From: a virus
Reading direction: 5' to 3' (one strand)
DNA length: 64,000 bases
IMG/VR virus record: IMGVR_UViG_3300027798_006580
Shown here piece by piece: positions 46,526 through 55,996 of the stretch (the first letter of the stretch is position 1; each line of letters begins with the position of its first letter). The translations under genes and the position numbers were made by a program. The notes under the pieces were generated by a model that made no database searches, was not told where the DNA came from, and worked only from the letters and a program-made list of their open reading frames with translations.

Positions 46526-47041
46526 ATGCATATACAGTTTAAATCAATGTACCCTGAATTCAAAGAAATAGTGGATCAATGTATATATCTAGGCAAGCAA
46601 TACGCTGATTGGCCGAATAACGAAGACGGCCAGCTGGCTATTCAAACAGATGATCCAAATATAGATAACTGGACTTCTGGAATAGGAAAAAGTGTTGCAA
46701 AAACTCCCGAGTGGGAGCAACAATTTAAATATATTCAACCAAGTTTAATTGGCACGCCCGTAGATAAATATATCAAATGGCTAGGTATTCCCGTTTATCG
46801 AGCAAGAATTATGTTATCTAAATCTAAATCTTGTTACAGTGTTCATAGTGATCACAGTCCAAGATTGCATTTACCGTTGATAACTAATAAGCAATGCAAT
46901 TTTTTAATAACAAATCCGATACAAATGTTTCATCTACCAGCAAATGGAATGACAACTTGGATTGATACAACTAAACCACATACTTTTATGAATGGCAGTT
47001 TGGAAAATAGATTACATCTAGTAATGATAACAAAGGAATAA
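46526..47041 (+). CDS. Asp/Asn beta-hydroxylase-like 2OG oxygenase
   Basis: YRARIM...HSD...RLHLPL...HTFMNG...RLHLV. Confidence 0.75.
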   Translation: MHIQFKSMYPEFKEIVDQCIYLGKQYADWPNNEDGQLAIQTDDPNIDNWTSGIGKSVAKTPEWEQQFKYIQPSLIGTPVDKYIKWLGIPVYRARIMLSKSKSCYSVHSDHSPRLHLPLITNKQCNFLITNPIQMFHLPANGMTTWIDTTKPHTFMNGSLENRLHLVMITKE

Positions 47042-47042
47042 T

Positions 47043-47366
47043 ATGATCACAATTACAGAAAACGTTGATACAAAAGTATCGTCAATCTTAAAAGAAGAAA
47101 ATGATCCTACCGCAAGTCTACGAGTATTTGTGCAAGGCGGCGGCTGTTCAGGAATGAGTTATGGCTTTACTTTGGAAACTGAACAAAATGAAGATGATTT
47201 TGTCATCGAACAACAAGGAGTAAAATATCTTGTTGATGCAATGAGTATGCAATACTTACAAGGTTCTGTCATTGATTACAAAGAAGACATTGAAGGTTCA
47301 AACTTTGTAATTAAAAATCCCAATGCAGAAACCAGTTGTGGTTGCGGCAGTAGCTTCAGCGTATGA
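47043..47366 (+). CDS. erpA: A-type Fe-S cluster carrier
   Basis: [26 protein letters not shown]. Confidence 0.92.
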   Translation: MITITENVDTKVSSILKEENDPTASLRVFVQGGGCSGMSYGFTLETEQNEDDFVIEQQGVKYLVDAMSMQYLQGSVIDYKEDIEGSNFVIKNPNAETSCGCGSSFSV

Positions 47367-47608
47367 TGGTCAGTAAAATCACTGAAGCAGTGATCTACGA
47401 AAGTCCGGATGGTGGCGAAACCATCTATGTGCGAGAGTCGGGTAGTAGTCAACGACAACTTCACGTCCAAAGTCCGCGAGCAGTTAGTCTTCATGAACAA
47501 CTAAAAGAAGATAAACTTTGGGGCGATATACGCAGAGTTGCCAAAACCAATTCCGCATTAAAACACGCATTAGACGAAGCTATTCTAATCTATACTTTAT
47601 CAAAATAA
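47363..47608 (+). CDS. hypothetical phage protein
   Basis: [15 protein letters not shown]. Confidence 0.7.
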   Translation: MMVSKITEAVIYESPDGGETIYVRESGSSQRQLHVQSPRAVSLHEQLKEDKLWGDIRRVAKTNSALKHALDEAILIYTLSK

Positions 47609-47660
47609 TTGACATAAAATCTCTTCTGTAGTATAATATACAAATATTACTGGAGAACCT

Positions 47661-48053
47661 ATGAGTATGCATCTTCATCACCCTAGCCTTAGCTACAACG
47701 GCAAGAAAAAAGGCAAGGTTAAATTTGCCAGTGCGGCAGCAAAACACAAGGCGGAACAATTGGACAAAGAATGGAAAGAACTCCAGGCTAAATGGGGAGT
47801 AGACGCAGAAGAGAAAAAGCGTAAGCGAGCGATGTCTGCCGAACCTTTGGATTATAAACTGTCTGCACCTGTGGGCAGAGAAACACAAAAGATTGCCAGT
47901 CGAGACACTGGACATAGTGGTGCAGTTAAAACTAAAGGTATTCCACAATATACAGGTACAAAAGTTTTGGGTATCGGTACTATGCATAAAAGTAATGCTG
48001 TTCCAATTTTCAGTAATGAAGAAGCCATTGCAATTTCATCAATGCGCCGATAA
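47661..48053 (+). CDS. hypothetical phage protein
   Basis: sigma70 promoter at 47609-47637; YTGTKVLGIGTMHKSNAVP. Confidence 0.75.
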   Translation: MSMHLHHPSLSYNGKKKGKVKFASAAAKHKAEQLDKEWKELQAKWGVDAEEKKRKRAMSAEPLDYKLSAPVGRETQKIASRDTGHSGAVKTKGIPQYTGTKVLGIGTMHKSNAVPIFSNEEAIAISSMRR

Positions 48054-48076
48054 ATAATAGTTAAGAGGAAATATAA

Positions 48077-48400
48077 ATGACTTATGTCGTAACAGAAAAC
48101 TGCATTAAGTGCAAACACACAGATTGCGTGGCTGTTTGTCCAGTAGATTGCTTCTACGAAGGCCCAAACTTTCTAGTAATTAATCCCGACGAATGTATCG
48201 ACTGTGCAGTGTGTGTGCCAGAATGTCCCATTGATGCAATTTATGCTGACACTGATTTACCAGAAGATCAAAAAGTCTTTATAGAATGGAATAAAGAATT
48301 GAGTAAATCTTGGAAGAGAATTACTAAACAAAAACCCGCCCTGCCTGATCACGAGGAATGGAACGGTAAACCCAACAAACGTGATTTATTAGAAAGGTAA
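48077..48400 (+). CDS. fdxA: 7Fe ferredoxin
   Basis: [26 protein letters not shown]...[13 protein letters not shown]. Confidence 0.93.
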   Translation: MTYVVTENCIKCKHTDCVAVCPVDCFYEGPNFLVINPDECIDCAVCVPECPIDAIYADTDLPEDQKVFIEWNKELSKSWKRITKQKPALPDHEEWNGKPNKRDLLER

Positions 48401-48405
48401 TTGAA

Positions 48406-49074
48406 ATGGAATTTGCAATTTATAGAAGTGCCACTGAAATTAATTCAGCCATGGGCCGTGTTTATGGACACATGAGTCTAGCAGTTATCATCAGCATGAT
48501 TGTTAGTTATTTTGTAGGAACTACTCCTGAACTATTAGAATTTTTCTTTACAGGCGTATTGAAATGGATTGTAATCTTTGCGCCACTTGTTGCAATTTTT
48601 GCAATTAGTTTTGCCATGGAAAAGGTAAACAAACAAGGTGCTCAACTCATGCTCTATGGATTTTCAGCATTAATGGGATTGAGTTTTGCTACAATCTTCG
48701 CTATGTTTACTATGGGTAGTATTGTAAGTGCATTCATGGGAGCCGCAATTTTGTTTGCTGTGATGAGTGGATATGGCTATTTTACCAAACGTAGTTTGGA
48801 TAGTGTTGGCAAATTTATGTTTGTAGGTTTAATTGCTATTGTCATTGCCAGTATTGTCAATATCTTCATCGGTAGTACTGTTATGCAGATGGTGATTTCA
48901 GCATTGGCTATCATCATCTTCCTTGGATTAACTGCTTATGATACACAAAAGATTAGAGAAGAAGTTAGTTATGAAACTAACGGAGTTGCTGAAGTTCGCG
49001 GTGCGCTAATTCTGTACATGAATTTTATTAACTTGTTTCTTAATTTATTAAATTTATTTGGAGATAGAAAATGA
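48406..49074 (+). CDS. Bax inhibitor-1/YccA family membrane protein
   Basis: multi-TM; GLTAYDTQKI...GALILYMNFINLF. Confidence 0.88.
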   Translation: MEFAIYRSATEINSAMGRVYGHMSLAVIISMIVSYFVGTTPELLEFFFTGVLKWIVIFAPLVAIFAISFAMEKVNKQGAQLMLYGFSALMGLSFATIFAMFTMGSIVSAFMGAAILFAVMSGYGYFTKRSLDSVGKFMFVGLIAIVIASIVNIFIGSTVMQMVISALAIIIFLGLTAYDTQKIREEVSYETNGVAEVRGALILYMNFINLFLNLLNLFGDRK

Positions 49075-49580
49075 CATTGGCATTGAAAAAAGGACAGACA
49101 GTAGACCTTGGTGTAGTATATAGAATTAACCCCAACGGACTTCATGAAAGCGTGAGTATCAAAGATCTGTTCGAAGGTAAAAGATTATTGGTATTCATGG
49201 GTCCGGCACCATTCAGTAAATTAGATACTGAGCAAGCGATTGAATTTGAACGTCAAAGTAAAAAAATTCTTGCATGTAAAATAGATGACATTATTGGATT
49301 ATATGTTCAAGATGCATTTGTCATGAAGAAGTTTCAAGAACATGTGCAGGCTGTTGCTGGTACAAACAATGTTCAGTTTTATGGAGACGGTGATGGATTC
49401 TTTGTTAAAGCAAACAACTTATCGCACGATTTTACATTTGAAGGTCTAAGTACACGATGCGGAAGATGGGCATTTGTCGTCAATAATGGCGTTATAGAAT
49501 ATGTAACAGTCGACGATTATTCTGTAGTAGAAACAACCAGTGCCAATAGTATTCTAAAACAATTAAAGAATGAAGCCTAA
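49071..49580 (+). CDS. peroxiredoxin-5-like protein lacking the peroxidatic Cys
   Basis: DLFEGK...PAPFSKLD, DAFVM, DGDG, RWAFVVNNG. Confidence 0.65.
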   Translation: MTLALKKGQTVDLGVVYRINPNGLHESVSIKDLFEGKRLLVFMGPAPFSKLDTEQAIEFERQSKKILACKIDDIIGLYVQDAFVMKKFQEHVQAVAGTNNVQFYGDGDGFFVKANNLSHDFTFEGLSTRCGRWAFVVNNGVIEYVTVDDYSVVETTSANSILKQLKNEA

Positions 49581-50025
49581 GTTTCAAAAATTATATAACA
49601 ACATCGCCCACGAAGTAGCCAAAATGAGTCATGCTCGTAGGCTACAAGTGGGCGCCGTTATTGTTAAAGACGACAGAGTTATCAGTATGGGCTACAATGG
49701 CATGCCCGCAGGTTGGGATAACAACTGTGAAAGCGAAGAAACAGAATTTGATCTTGTTACTAAAACTCGAACAGGTAATGGTATATTGACAACAAGACCA
49801 GAGGTACTTCATGCAGAAAGTAATTCTATTGCAAAATTGGCCAAGTCTAATGACAGTGGTGACGGTGCAGACATTTTTATTACTCATGCTCCTTGCATGG
49901 AATGCAGTAAACTTATATTTCAATCAGGCATTCGTAGGGTTTTTTATAGTGAAAATTATAGAGACGATAATGGAATCAAATTTCTTAAACAAAGCGGAGT
50001 AGAGGTAATCAAACATGACGAATAA
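49570..50025 (+). CDS. dCMP deaminase
   Basis: QVGAVIV, GYNG, HAESN, PCMEC. Confidence 0.92.
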   Translation: MKPKFQKLYNNIAHEVAKMSHARRLQVGAVIVKDDRVISMGYNGMPAGWDNNCESEETEFDLVTKTRTGNGILTTRPEVLHAESNSIAKLAKSNDSGDGADIFITHAPCMECSKLIFQSGIRRVFYSENYRDDNGIKFLKQSGVEVIKHDE

Positions 50026-50245
50026 GTGGACAATTACACTGGAAGAAGCAGATGACGGCAGCGGTGATTTGGTTATGCCGTTGCCACAAGATTTGCTCGT
50101 CGGAGCAGGCTGGCAGGAAGGCGACACGCTTAACTGGACAGATCTGGGCAATGGCGCTTGGAGTTTGACAAAGCAAGTGCATGATGTTACAATAGAAGAA
50201 GAGGAAGCGTGGCGCAACCTCGAAGCAAAACAATCAAAGGCTTGA
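50015..50245 (+). CDS. AbrB/MazE-like small protein
   Basis: GDLVMPLPQDLL..AGWQEGDTL. Confidence 0.6.
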   Translation: MTNKWTITLEEADDGSGDLVMPLPQDLLVGAGWQEGDTLNWTDLGNGAWSLTKQVHDVTIEEEEAWRNLEAKQSKA

Positions 50246-50246
50246 C

Positions 50247-50810
50247 ATGGCAGACATTATGGTGGACATTGAAACCCTTGCCACCACTCCTAATTCGGTG
50301 GTAATTACCATAGGCGCAATTCGCTTTGATCCCTTTGCCGATGATCGTGAAAGTTTCGAAGGCGACAAGATCCTCATGGATACTTTCTATCGTCGAATAG
50401 ACCCTGCTAGCTTTACGTGGCCCAGTGCTCACATTGATGACAACACTCTGGCTTGGTGGAGTAAACAAAAACCTGAAGTACAACACGAAGCATTCACAGA
50501 CGATGATAGACATCCTATTCAACAAGTAATGTTAGACTTTTATCGTTGGTGCGGCAGCTATAACAATATGTGGGCCAATGGTCCTGCCTTTGACATTGTT
50601 ATTTTAGAAGAAGTGTGTAAACAACTTAAACGAGGTGCGCCATGGAAGTATTGGCAGGTAAAAGATACTAGAACAGTCTATGGCCTAGTAGAACACGAAC
50701 GTCCTAATCCGAGACTACACCATGCCGCTTGGGATTGTTGGAGTCAAATTGTGGCACTACAAAGTTGTTTCAGGAACTTAAATATAACACAATACCCTGA
50801 GAGAAAATAA
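50247..50810 (+). CDS. DEDDh 3'-5' exonuclease
   Basis: MVDIET, WANGPAFD, DTRT, HHAAWD. Confidence 0.85.
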   Translation: MADIMVDIETLATTPNSVVITIGAIRFDPFADDRESFEGDKILMDTFYRRIDPASFTWPSAHIDDNTLAWWSKQKPEVQHEAFTDDDRHPIQQVMLDFYRWCGSYNNMWANGPAFDIVILEEVCKQLKRGAPWKYWQVKDTRTVYGLVEHERPNPRLHHAAWDCWSQIVALQSCFRNLNITQYPERK

Positions 50811-51766
50811 TGGAAACGAACGGCAAGGACACACTGAGTTGGTTACACGGCTTAGAAGATTTTTTAAAATTTACAGATAGAGATGAAGCAGTAGAATATG
50901 TGCATCATTATCTAAACTTAAATTACTCAGACGATCCGCTGAATACTGTTAAAAAATTAATAATCTCTGCCAAAGAAAAAACCAGCGAAGAAGATTTTCC
51001 CAAGGTATTGACTTTTGTGCTGAAAGCATTCAAGGCAATTGCAACTGACAGTGAAGAGAATATTGAAGTAGATGAATGGGCCAAAATTGCTAAAATTATG
51101 TTTCCCGACGAAAAGATATTTTTTCAACTGCACAGATATTTCAGACACGAACAAAGTAGTTCGGATGCTATATCGGATGCATTTAGTAGGGGTCAAATAC
51201 AAAGTAAACTTTGGCTTGCAGATGAATTATATAAGATACAAAAAAATCACGATAACGTGCTGGTGCTAGCAGGATGGTTTGGACAATTCAAATCGATATA
51301 TGTTAAAAAGTTAACTTACAGTAAAATGAGATTTGTAGACTTGGACCGTCTGAGTTGTGAAATCAGCGATGGTGTGTTCAATTTATATGATCTAGAAAAC
51401 TATAAAGTTAAAAGCTCATGTGCAGATATTAACAATATGATATTACATAAAAACGGCTACGAATTAGATTTGGAAAATTTTACGACTGGTAAAGTACTTA
51501 AAGAAAAATTCTTGCCAGATTTAATTATTAATACCAGTGCAGAACACATGGATGAAGAATGGTTCGATCAAATTCGATTTAAAGAAATGGAAAGTAATCC
51601 AATTGTCGCTATCCAAAGCAATAACTTATTCGATATACCCGAGCATATTAATTGTGTGCATGGCATTGATCATATGAAGAAAAAGTTTCCAATGAAAGAA
51701 ATTTTATTTGAAGGTGAACTTCAATTAAAAGGGTACAAACGAGTCATGCTAATCGGCAGGCCTTGA
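50810..51766 (+). CDS. putative SAM-dependent methyltransferase-like protein
   Basis: QSKLW, VLAGWFG, FVDLD, INTSAEHM. Confidence 0.6.
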   Translation: METNGKDTLSWLHGLEDFLKFTDRDEAVEYVHHYLNLNYSDDPLNTVKKLIISAKEKTSEEDFPKVLTFVLKAFKAIATDSEENIEVDEWAKIAKIMFPDEKIFFQLHRYFRHEQSSSDAISDAFSRGQIQSKLWLADELYKIQKNHDNVLVLAGWFGQFKSIYVKKLTYSKMRFVDLDRLSCEISDGVFNLYDLENYKVKSSCADINNMILHKNGYELDLENFTTGKVLKEKFLPDLIINTSAEHMDEEWFDQIRFKEMESNPIVAIQSNNLFDIPEHINCVHGIDHMKKKFPMKEILFEGELQLKGYKRVMLIGRP

Positions 51767-51777
51767 TAAGTACTTAC

Positions 51778-51846
51778 AGCGGCCTTTGAGCATCATCCCG
51801 CTTTACAAATTCTGCTGCCTATGCTATAATTAACATAGGAGAAAAC
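51778..51846 (+). promoter_or_regulatory. structured queD leader (riboswitch candidate)
   Basis: agcgg/ccgct stem; cctatg/catagg hairpin over the SD. Confidence 0.45.
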
Positions 51847-52353
51847 ATGGCAAATCTACAACCTGTACAATATATGTACACATCAACAAAAGAGTATCAC
51901 GACGCATTTCCCTGCGCTTATCGTCAGTGGAGGGCAGATAGTCACTGTAACACAATTCATGGCTACTCGTTTAGCATGAAGTTTTACTTTGGTACCAACT
52001 ATCTAGATGCACGAAACTGGGCAGCTGACTACGGCGGCTTAAAAGAACTTAAAGGTGTATTGGAAAGTCAATTTGATCATACACTACTTGTTTCCGAAGA
52101 TGATCCTCATATGGATCTGTATCTAGAAATGCAAAAGCGTGGCATTGCTAAACTTACTATACTACCAAAAGTAGGTTGTGAAGGCCTAGCAGATCAGCTT
52201 TACAAGTACGTTAATGGTGTGTATATCCCGGATTATCTAGGACATGGTGAGGCTCAACGCTTGTGGTGCTATCGTGTAGAAGTACGTGAGACACAAAGCA
52301 ACATGGCTTTTAGAGAAGGTCATCGTGAATGGAATGAGAATTTGTTTGCGTGA
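51847..52353 (+). CDS. queD: 6-pyruvoyl-tetrahydropterin synthase/QueD family
   Basis: HCNTIHGY, ADYGGLK, FDHTLL, VEVRET. Confidence 0.8.
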   Translation: MANLQPVQYMYTSTKEYHDAFPCAYRQWRADSHCNTIHGYSFSMKFYFGTNYLDARNWAADYGGLKELKGVLESQFDHTLLVSEDDPHMDLYLEMQKRGIAKLTILPKVGCEGLADQLYKYVNGVYIPDYLGHGEAQRLWCYRVEVRETQSNMAFREGHREWNENLFA

Positions 52354-52541
52354 ATAGCTTAGAACGTATTTGGGCTAGAGCAACAGGACACCTAATGGGC
52401 ACGTCGGATCATGATCGCCCCGACGTGCCCATACTTACCTTACGTGAAGCAAGGATTGCACTGTTCTTTAAAACATTTTGGGTAGTGATCCACGTTGTTA
52501 CCTGCTTTTTTATTATAGCAAATACTATTCGTCATTGGTAA
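52350..52541 (+). CDS. small membrane protein
   Basis: hydrophobic C-terminus, GTGA overlap. Confidence 0.6.
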   Translation: MNSLERIWARATGHLMGTSDHDRPDVPILTLREARIALFFKTFWVVIHVVTCFFIIANTIRHW

Positions 52542-52680
52542 CACAATGCGGACACTCACAGTCGGGGCAGGTATCACATTCACAGCCCGTATTGCAGTGA
52601 TGTTGACAACTACAGGCTAGACATTTACAAGCGACGGTGAACCTCTTGTAAGAATCATAGTCGTCCATGTAGGTTTCCAT
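52525..52680 (-). CDS. 51-aa Cys-rich metallothionein-like peptide (not in ORF track)
   Basis: CKCLACSCQHHCNTGCECDTCPDCECPHC; TAATG overlap with the endolysin stop. Confidence 0.7.
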   Translation of the reverse strand: METYMDDYDSYKRFTVACKCLACSCQHHCNTGCECDTCPDCECPHCVTNDE

Positions 52681-53318
52681 TATAGGTCTGCTTCGAATAA
52701 CTCAATACATTCATTCCAGTGATGAATACGATCTGCTAGTCCCAGTGTACCGCCATTGATTCGTTTAGACAATAAGACTACGTCACCCTTGTCGCAGATA
52801 TCGTTTAATTTATTTTTATGCCAAAACCAACAGGCACTTAAAACTGCGTATTCTGGTTCACAGACTAGATCTGGATTTTGTACAAGACAATCATCACCAA
52901 ACAAGTCTTTGCTACACTGTGTGTAATTTGCACGTCCTGTGAGTTGCACTAGTCCACGACCACGGAATTTAAATCCATCACCGCTGGCTTCAGGGCCGTT
53001 GCCCATGCGATTAGCATAAACTCTATTGGCAATCTTCTCTGGTTTTCTTGCATAAGGTGTGGCTGTTGCTAGATCAGGGAAGTATTTTTTAAATGTTCCT
53101 ACAAGACCCTTATCACTATAATTTAAGTTTTCTACTAGTGCAGTAAAGTCTGCGCTTTCGTGTTGACATTGGCTGATAAAACCAGCAACTCTAGCTGGGG
53201 TAACAATGGCAAATTGTGGTAATTGATTGCATAAACCCTCGTACCATTCGTTGGGGTTTTTATTTTTCTTGATGCATTTTGCCAGCATCTCGGCAGTGAA
53301 TTCAAAGGTAAAGTCCAT
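52680..53318 (-). CDS. glycoside hydrolase family 19 endolysin
   Basis: QCQHES, ENLNYS, FRGRGLVQLTGRANY, INGG. Confidence 0.92.
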   Translation of the reverse strand: MDFTFEFTAEMLAKCIKKNKNPNEWYEGLCNQLPQFAIVTPARVAGFISQCQHESADFTALVENLNYSDKGLVGTFKKYFPDLATATPYARKPEKIANRVYANRMGNGPEASGDGFKFRGRGLVQLTGRANYTQCSKDLFGDDCLVQNPDLVCEPEYAVLSACWFWHKNKLNDICDKGDVVLLSKRINGGTLGLADRIHHWNECIELFEADL

Positions 53319-53364
53319 GATTGTCTCCTATATGAATATTTACCTTTTTACAATCAAACTAAAT

Positions 53365-54081
53365 TTATGTCAGGTTGACTCGTTTAACTATGTCTTCAAA
53401 TGCAGGCCGAGGATATACTTTTTCTACATTAGACGGAGAAAACGGAATTCGTTTAAAGCTGTCAACTCTGGGGTCAAAATATTTATGCCAAGAGTGTTGA
53501 TCTTTACCGTATCCCACTCCCATAATAAATCTAAAATCCAATGCTCGTGGATCATTATCTATGTTAAAAATCTCAGTGGCTCGTTTATAATTATTACAAA
53601 TATTTTGACACATTCCAGTTTGTATGCCTTTGTTAGCAAGAGACAGCATTATATATGCTGAAAATATGCCAATTTCTATATTTTCTGTTTGTCTCTGGCC
53701 GCCGTCGATGTCATTGGTTCTGTGTTTCCCTTTTCCAAAGCCGTCAAGTGTTCCTCTAATTGATTCAGTTTCGTAGCGCACTTCCAAGTCACCAACCCAT
53801 CTAGCACTAAAACCCAGTAACCAAGGTGCAAGTACTTGTGGATTTCCGGGATCTTCTTCAATGGTTGCATGACCGTTTCGTTGACATATGGTCATTATTT
53901 CTTTTCTAATAGCAGGGTCATTATTTCTTAACAAATGTACTTGATATGGAAATTGCAGATTCTTACTTGGAATATGCTGATATACTTCTTGTAATGCTGA
54001 CAATATTATACTTTCTTCAGGTACAGCATCGTCCCAAGCAAATGTTGTATGCCTGGCTGTTATCAGTGGGATCCAGTCCAT
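53365..54081 (-). CDS. nitroreductase-like protein
   Basis: ARHTTFAW...IPSK...NPQV.AP...GIQTGMCQ...MGVGY. Confidence 0.6.
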   Translation of the reverse strand: MDWIPLITARHTTFAWDDAVPEESIILSALQEVYQHIPSKNLQFPYQVHLLRNNDPAIRKEIMTICQRNGHATIEEDPGNPQVLAPWLLGFSARWVGDLEVRYETESIRGTLDGFGKGKHRTNDIDGGQRQTENIEIGIFSAYIMLSLANKGIQTGMCQNICNNYKRATEIFNIDNDPRALDFRFIMGVGYGKDQHSWHKYFDPRVDSFKRIPFSPSNVEKVYPRPAFEDIVKRVNLT

Positions 54082-54146
54082 GTCAACTCCTTAATATTAT
54101 TATTGATACATTGTGCCAGCATCTCGTCTGTAAAATCAAAGTTCAT
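54063..54146 (-). pseudogene. remnant copy of the endolysin 5' end
   Basis: MNFDFTDEMLAQCINNN versus FEFTAEMLAKCIKKN; 33/39 nt identical. Confidence 0.7.
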
Positions 54147-54224
54147 AAATGTCTACTATACAGTTATTTATCCATAGCTCTGTCTAAAATTAAATAAATA
54201 CACATATTATAAGGAGATAAAATC

Positions 54225-54341
54225 ATGTTAGAAACATTATTTTGGTTAGCACTGGGTGCTTTTATTGGTTGGAATTTTCCACAACCACAATTTGCGAAAA
54301 ATATACAAGCCAAAGTATTGGCTATGCTTAAAAAGGATTAA
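54225..54341 (+). CDS. 38-aa membrane peptide (not in ORF track)
   Basis: SD aaggag; MLETLFWLALGAFIGWNFPQP. Confidence 0.65.
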   Translation: MLETLFWLALGAFIGWNFPQPQFAKNIQAKVLAMLKKD

Positions 54342-54343
54342 TC

Positions 54344-54907
54344 ATGGCATTAATTGATTCAGTATTAAACTTAATTAACAAACAACCTAAAGATCCAGAT
54401 GCACCTAAGCCTCCAGTGGGATCACGTAGTGAACGTGAAGCAAAATTAAAAGATCGAGCAGGTATGGTTATTAGCGTATTTGCTTTGCTTTTGGCAGTCA
54501 ACGCATGGTATGGTGGCAAATTGTCTAGCACAGTATTAAACAATACGCTGGGTGCTAACAACACATGGGCACAATATCAAGCTAAAGCAGGTCGTGGCGT
54601 TACATACGAAATTGCCGCAAAGACCGCATCTGATCCAAAACTACGTGCAGAATTCCAAGCCGAGAAAGAACGCATGGATGAAGATAAAAAAGAACTTGCT
54701 GTTAAAGCACGAGCTATGGAAGCTGAACGAGAAATTGCTAAAAAATCTAGTCCATGGATTGGTTATGCGTCAACAGCTTACCAACTGGCCATTGTTGTGC
54801 TATCTGCTAGTATTTTAGCAGTCAGCGTAGGCATGTTCTGGGGTAGCTTTTTTGTTGCAGGGCTGGGCATATTACTAAGCCTAAACGGCTTGTTTCTTTG
54901 GATGTAA
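54344..54907 (+). CDS. DUF4337-like membrane protein
   Basis: NNTWAQYQAK; QLAIVVLSASIL. Confidence 0.65.
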   Translation: MALIDSVLNLINKQPKDPDAPKPPVGSRSEREAKLKDRAGMVISVFALLLAVNAWYGGKLSSTVLNNTLGANNTWAQYQAKAGRGVTYEIAAKTASDPKLRAEFQAEKERMDEDKKELAVKARAMEAEREIAKKSSPWIGYASTAYQLAIVVLSASILAVSVGMFWGSFFVAGLGILLSLNGLFLWM

Positions 54908-54943
54908 TGAAAAATACATTATATTAAACATAAATATAACATT

Positions 54944-55762
54944 ATGAAAAAACTAATCACCCTACTATTCGTACTGGTTTCCTCACTAGTCCAGGCACAG
55001 ATGCCAGGTTCCACAGTACCCTTACCCGCAGATATTGCCGCAATTAAGAAGGCCAACGTTCTTGTTGTGGCAATGACTAAAAAAGATGTTCCACCTTTCT
55101 TCTCAGGAGAAGGTGACAACATTCGAGGTCTTGACGTTGAAATTGCTCGACGTATTGGAGTATTACTTGGAGTTCCTGTACAATTCAGACGTGATGCAGA
55201 AAGCTTCGCTGAAGTCGTAGAACAAGTTCGTGATGGTAAAGCAGACATTGCAGTCAGTAAATTATCTGTAACTGGTCCACGTTTACAAGTTGTCAAGTTC
55301 AGCGCACCTTATGTTAAACTAAGACAGAGTTTGGTTATTAACCGATTGTGGCTAAGTCAAAACAGCAAAGGCAAAGAAGTTTATCAAGTTATCCGTGATT
55401 TTAACGGCAAGATTAGTTTTATACGCAATTCAAGCTATGACACATTTGCTCGTATTAACTTCCCTAACGCAACATTCCTTCCAGAAGATAAGTGGGACGT
55501 AATCATTGACAATGTTACAAAAGGCACTATTGCAGCCGCTTATCGTGATGAATTTGAAATCAAGAAAATTGCTTTTGAAAAGCCTGATGCGGCCATTACT
55601 ACAAAGAGTATCACAATATCCGACAGTGTAGATAACATTGCTATCGCAGTAAATCCACGAGCTATTCAATTATTAAGCATTGTTGATTATGTGATTAAAA
55701 ATGAATTCAGCAACATTGACACTAAAAAGTTAATGGATCGCTATAAAGCTGAAAAGAAATAA
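54944..55762 (+). CDS. amino-acid substrate-binding protein (family 3)
   Basis: signal peptide; PPF...GLDVEIAR...GKADIAVS...VKFSAPY. Confidence 0.88.
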   Translation: MKKLITLLFVLVSSLVQAQMPGSTVPLPADIAAIKKANVLVVAMTKKDVPPFFSGEGDNIRGLDVEIARRIGVLLGVPVQFRRDAESFAEVVEQVRDGKADIAVSKLSVTGPRLQVVKFSAPYVKLRQSLVINRLWLSQNSKGKEVYQVIRDFNGKISFIRNSSYDTFARINFPNATFLPEDKWDVIIDNVTKGTIAAAYRDEFEIKKIAFEKPDAAITTKSITISDSVDNIAIAVNPRAIQLLSIVDYVIKNEFSNIDTKKLMDRYKAEKK

Positions 55763-55771
55763 GGATACAAA

Positions 55772-55987
55772 ATGAGATCAATAACAATATTATTTGCTAC
55801 CGCAATATTTTCTACGGTATGCCAAGCAACATGGAACCCTAGTGAGGCAGAGGTCGCATTAAGTGCAAAAGAAGATGCTAGAGATATTGCATTATTTAAA
55901 TTAATGACACCTAGTGCTGATGAAATCAAATTAAGTGCCAAAGAAGATGCAAGAGACCTTGCACTATATAAACTACTTGCAAAATAA
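55772..55987 (+). CDS. small secreted protein with internal repeat
   Basis: LSAKEDARD(I/L)AL occurs twice. Confidence 0.6.
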   Translation: MRSITILFATAIFSTVCQATWNPSEAEVALSAKEDARDIALFKLMTPSADEIKLSAKEDARDLALYKLLAK

Positions 55988-55996
55988 GGACTTACT

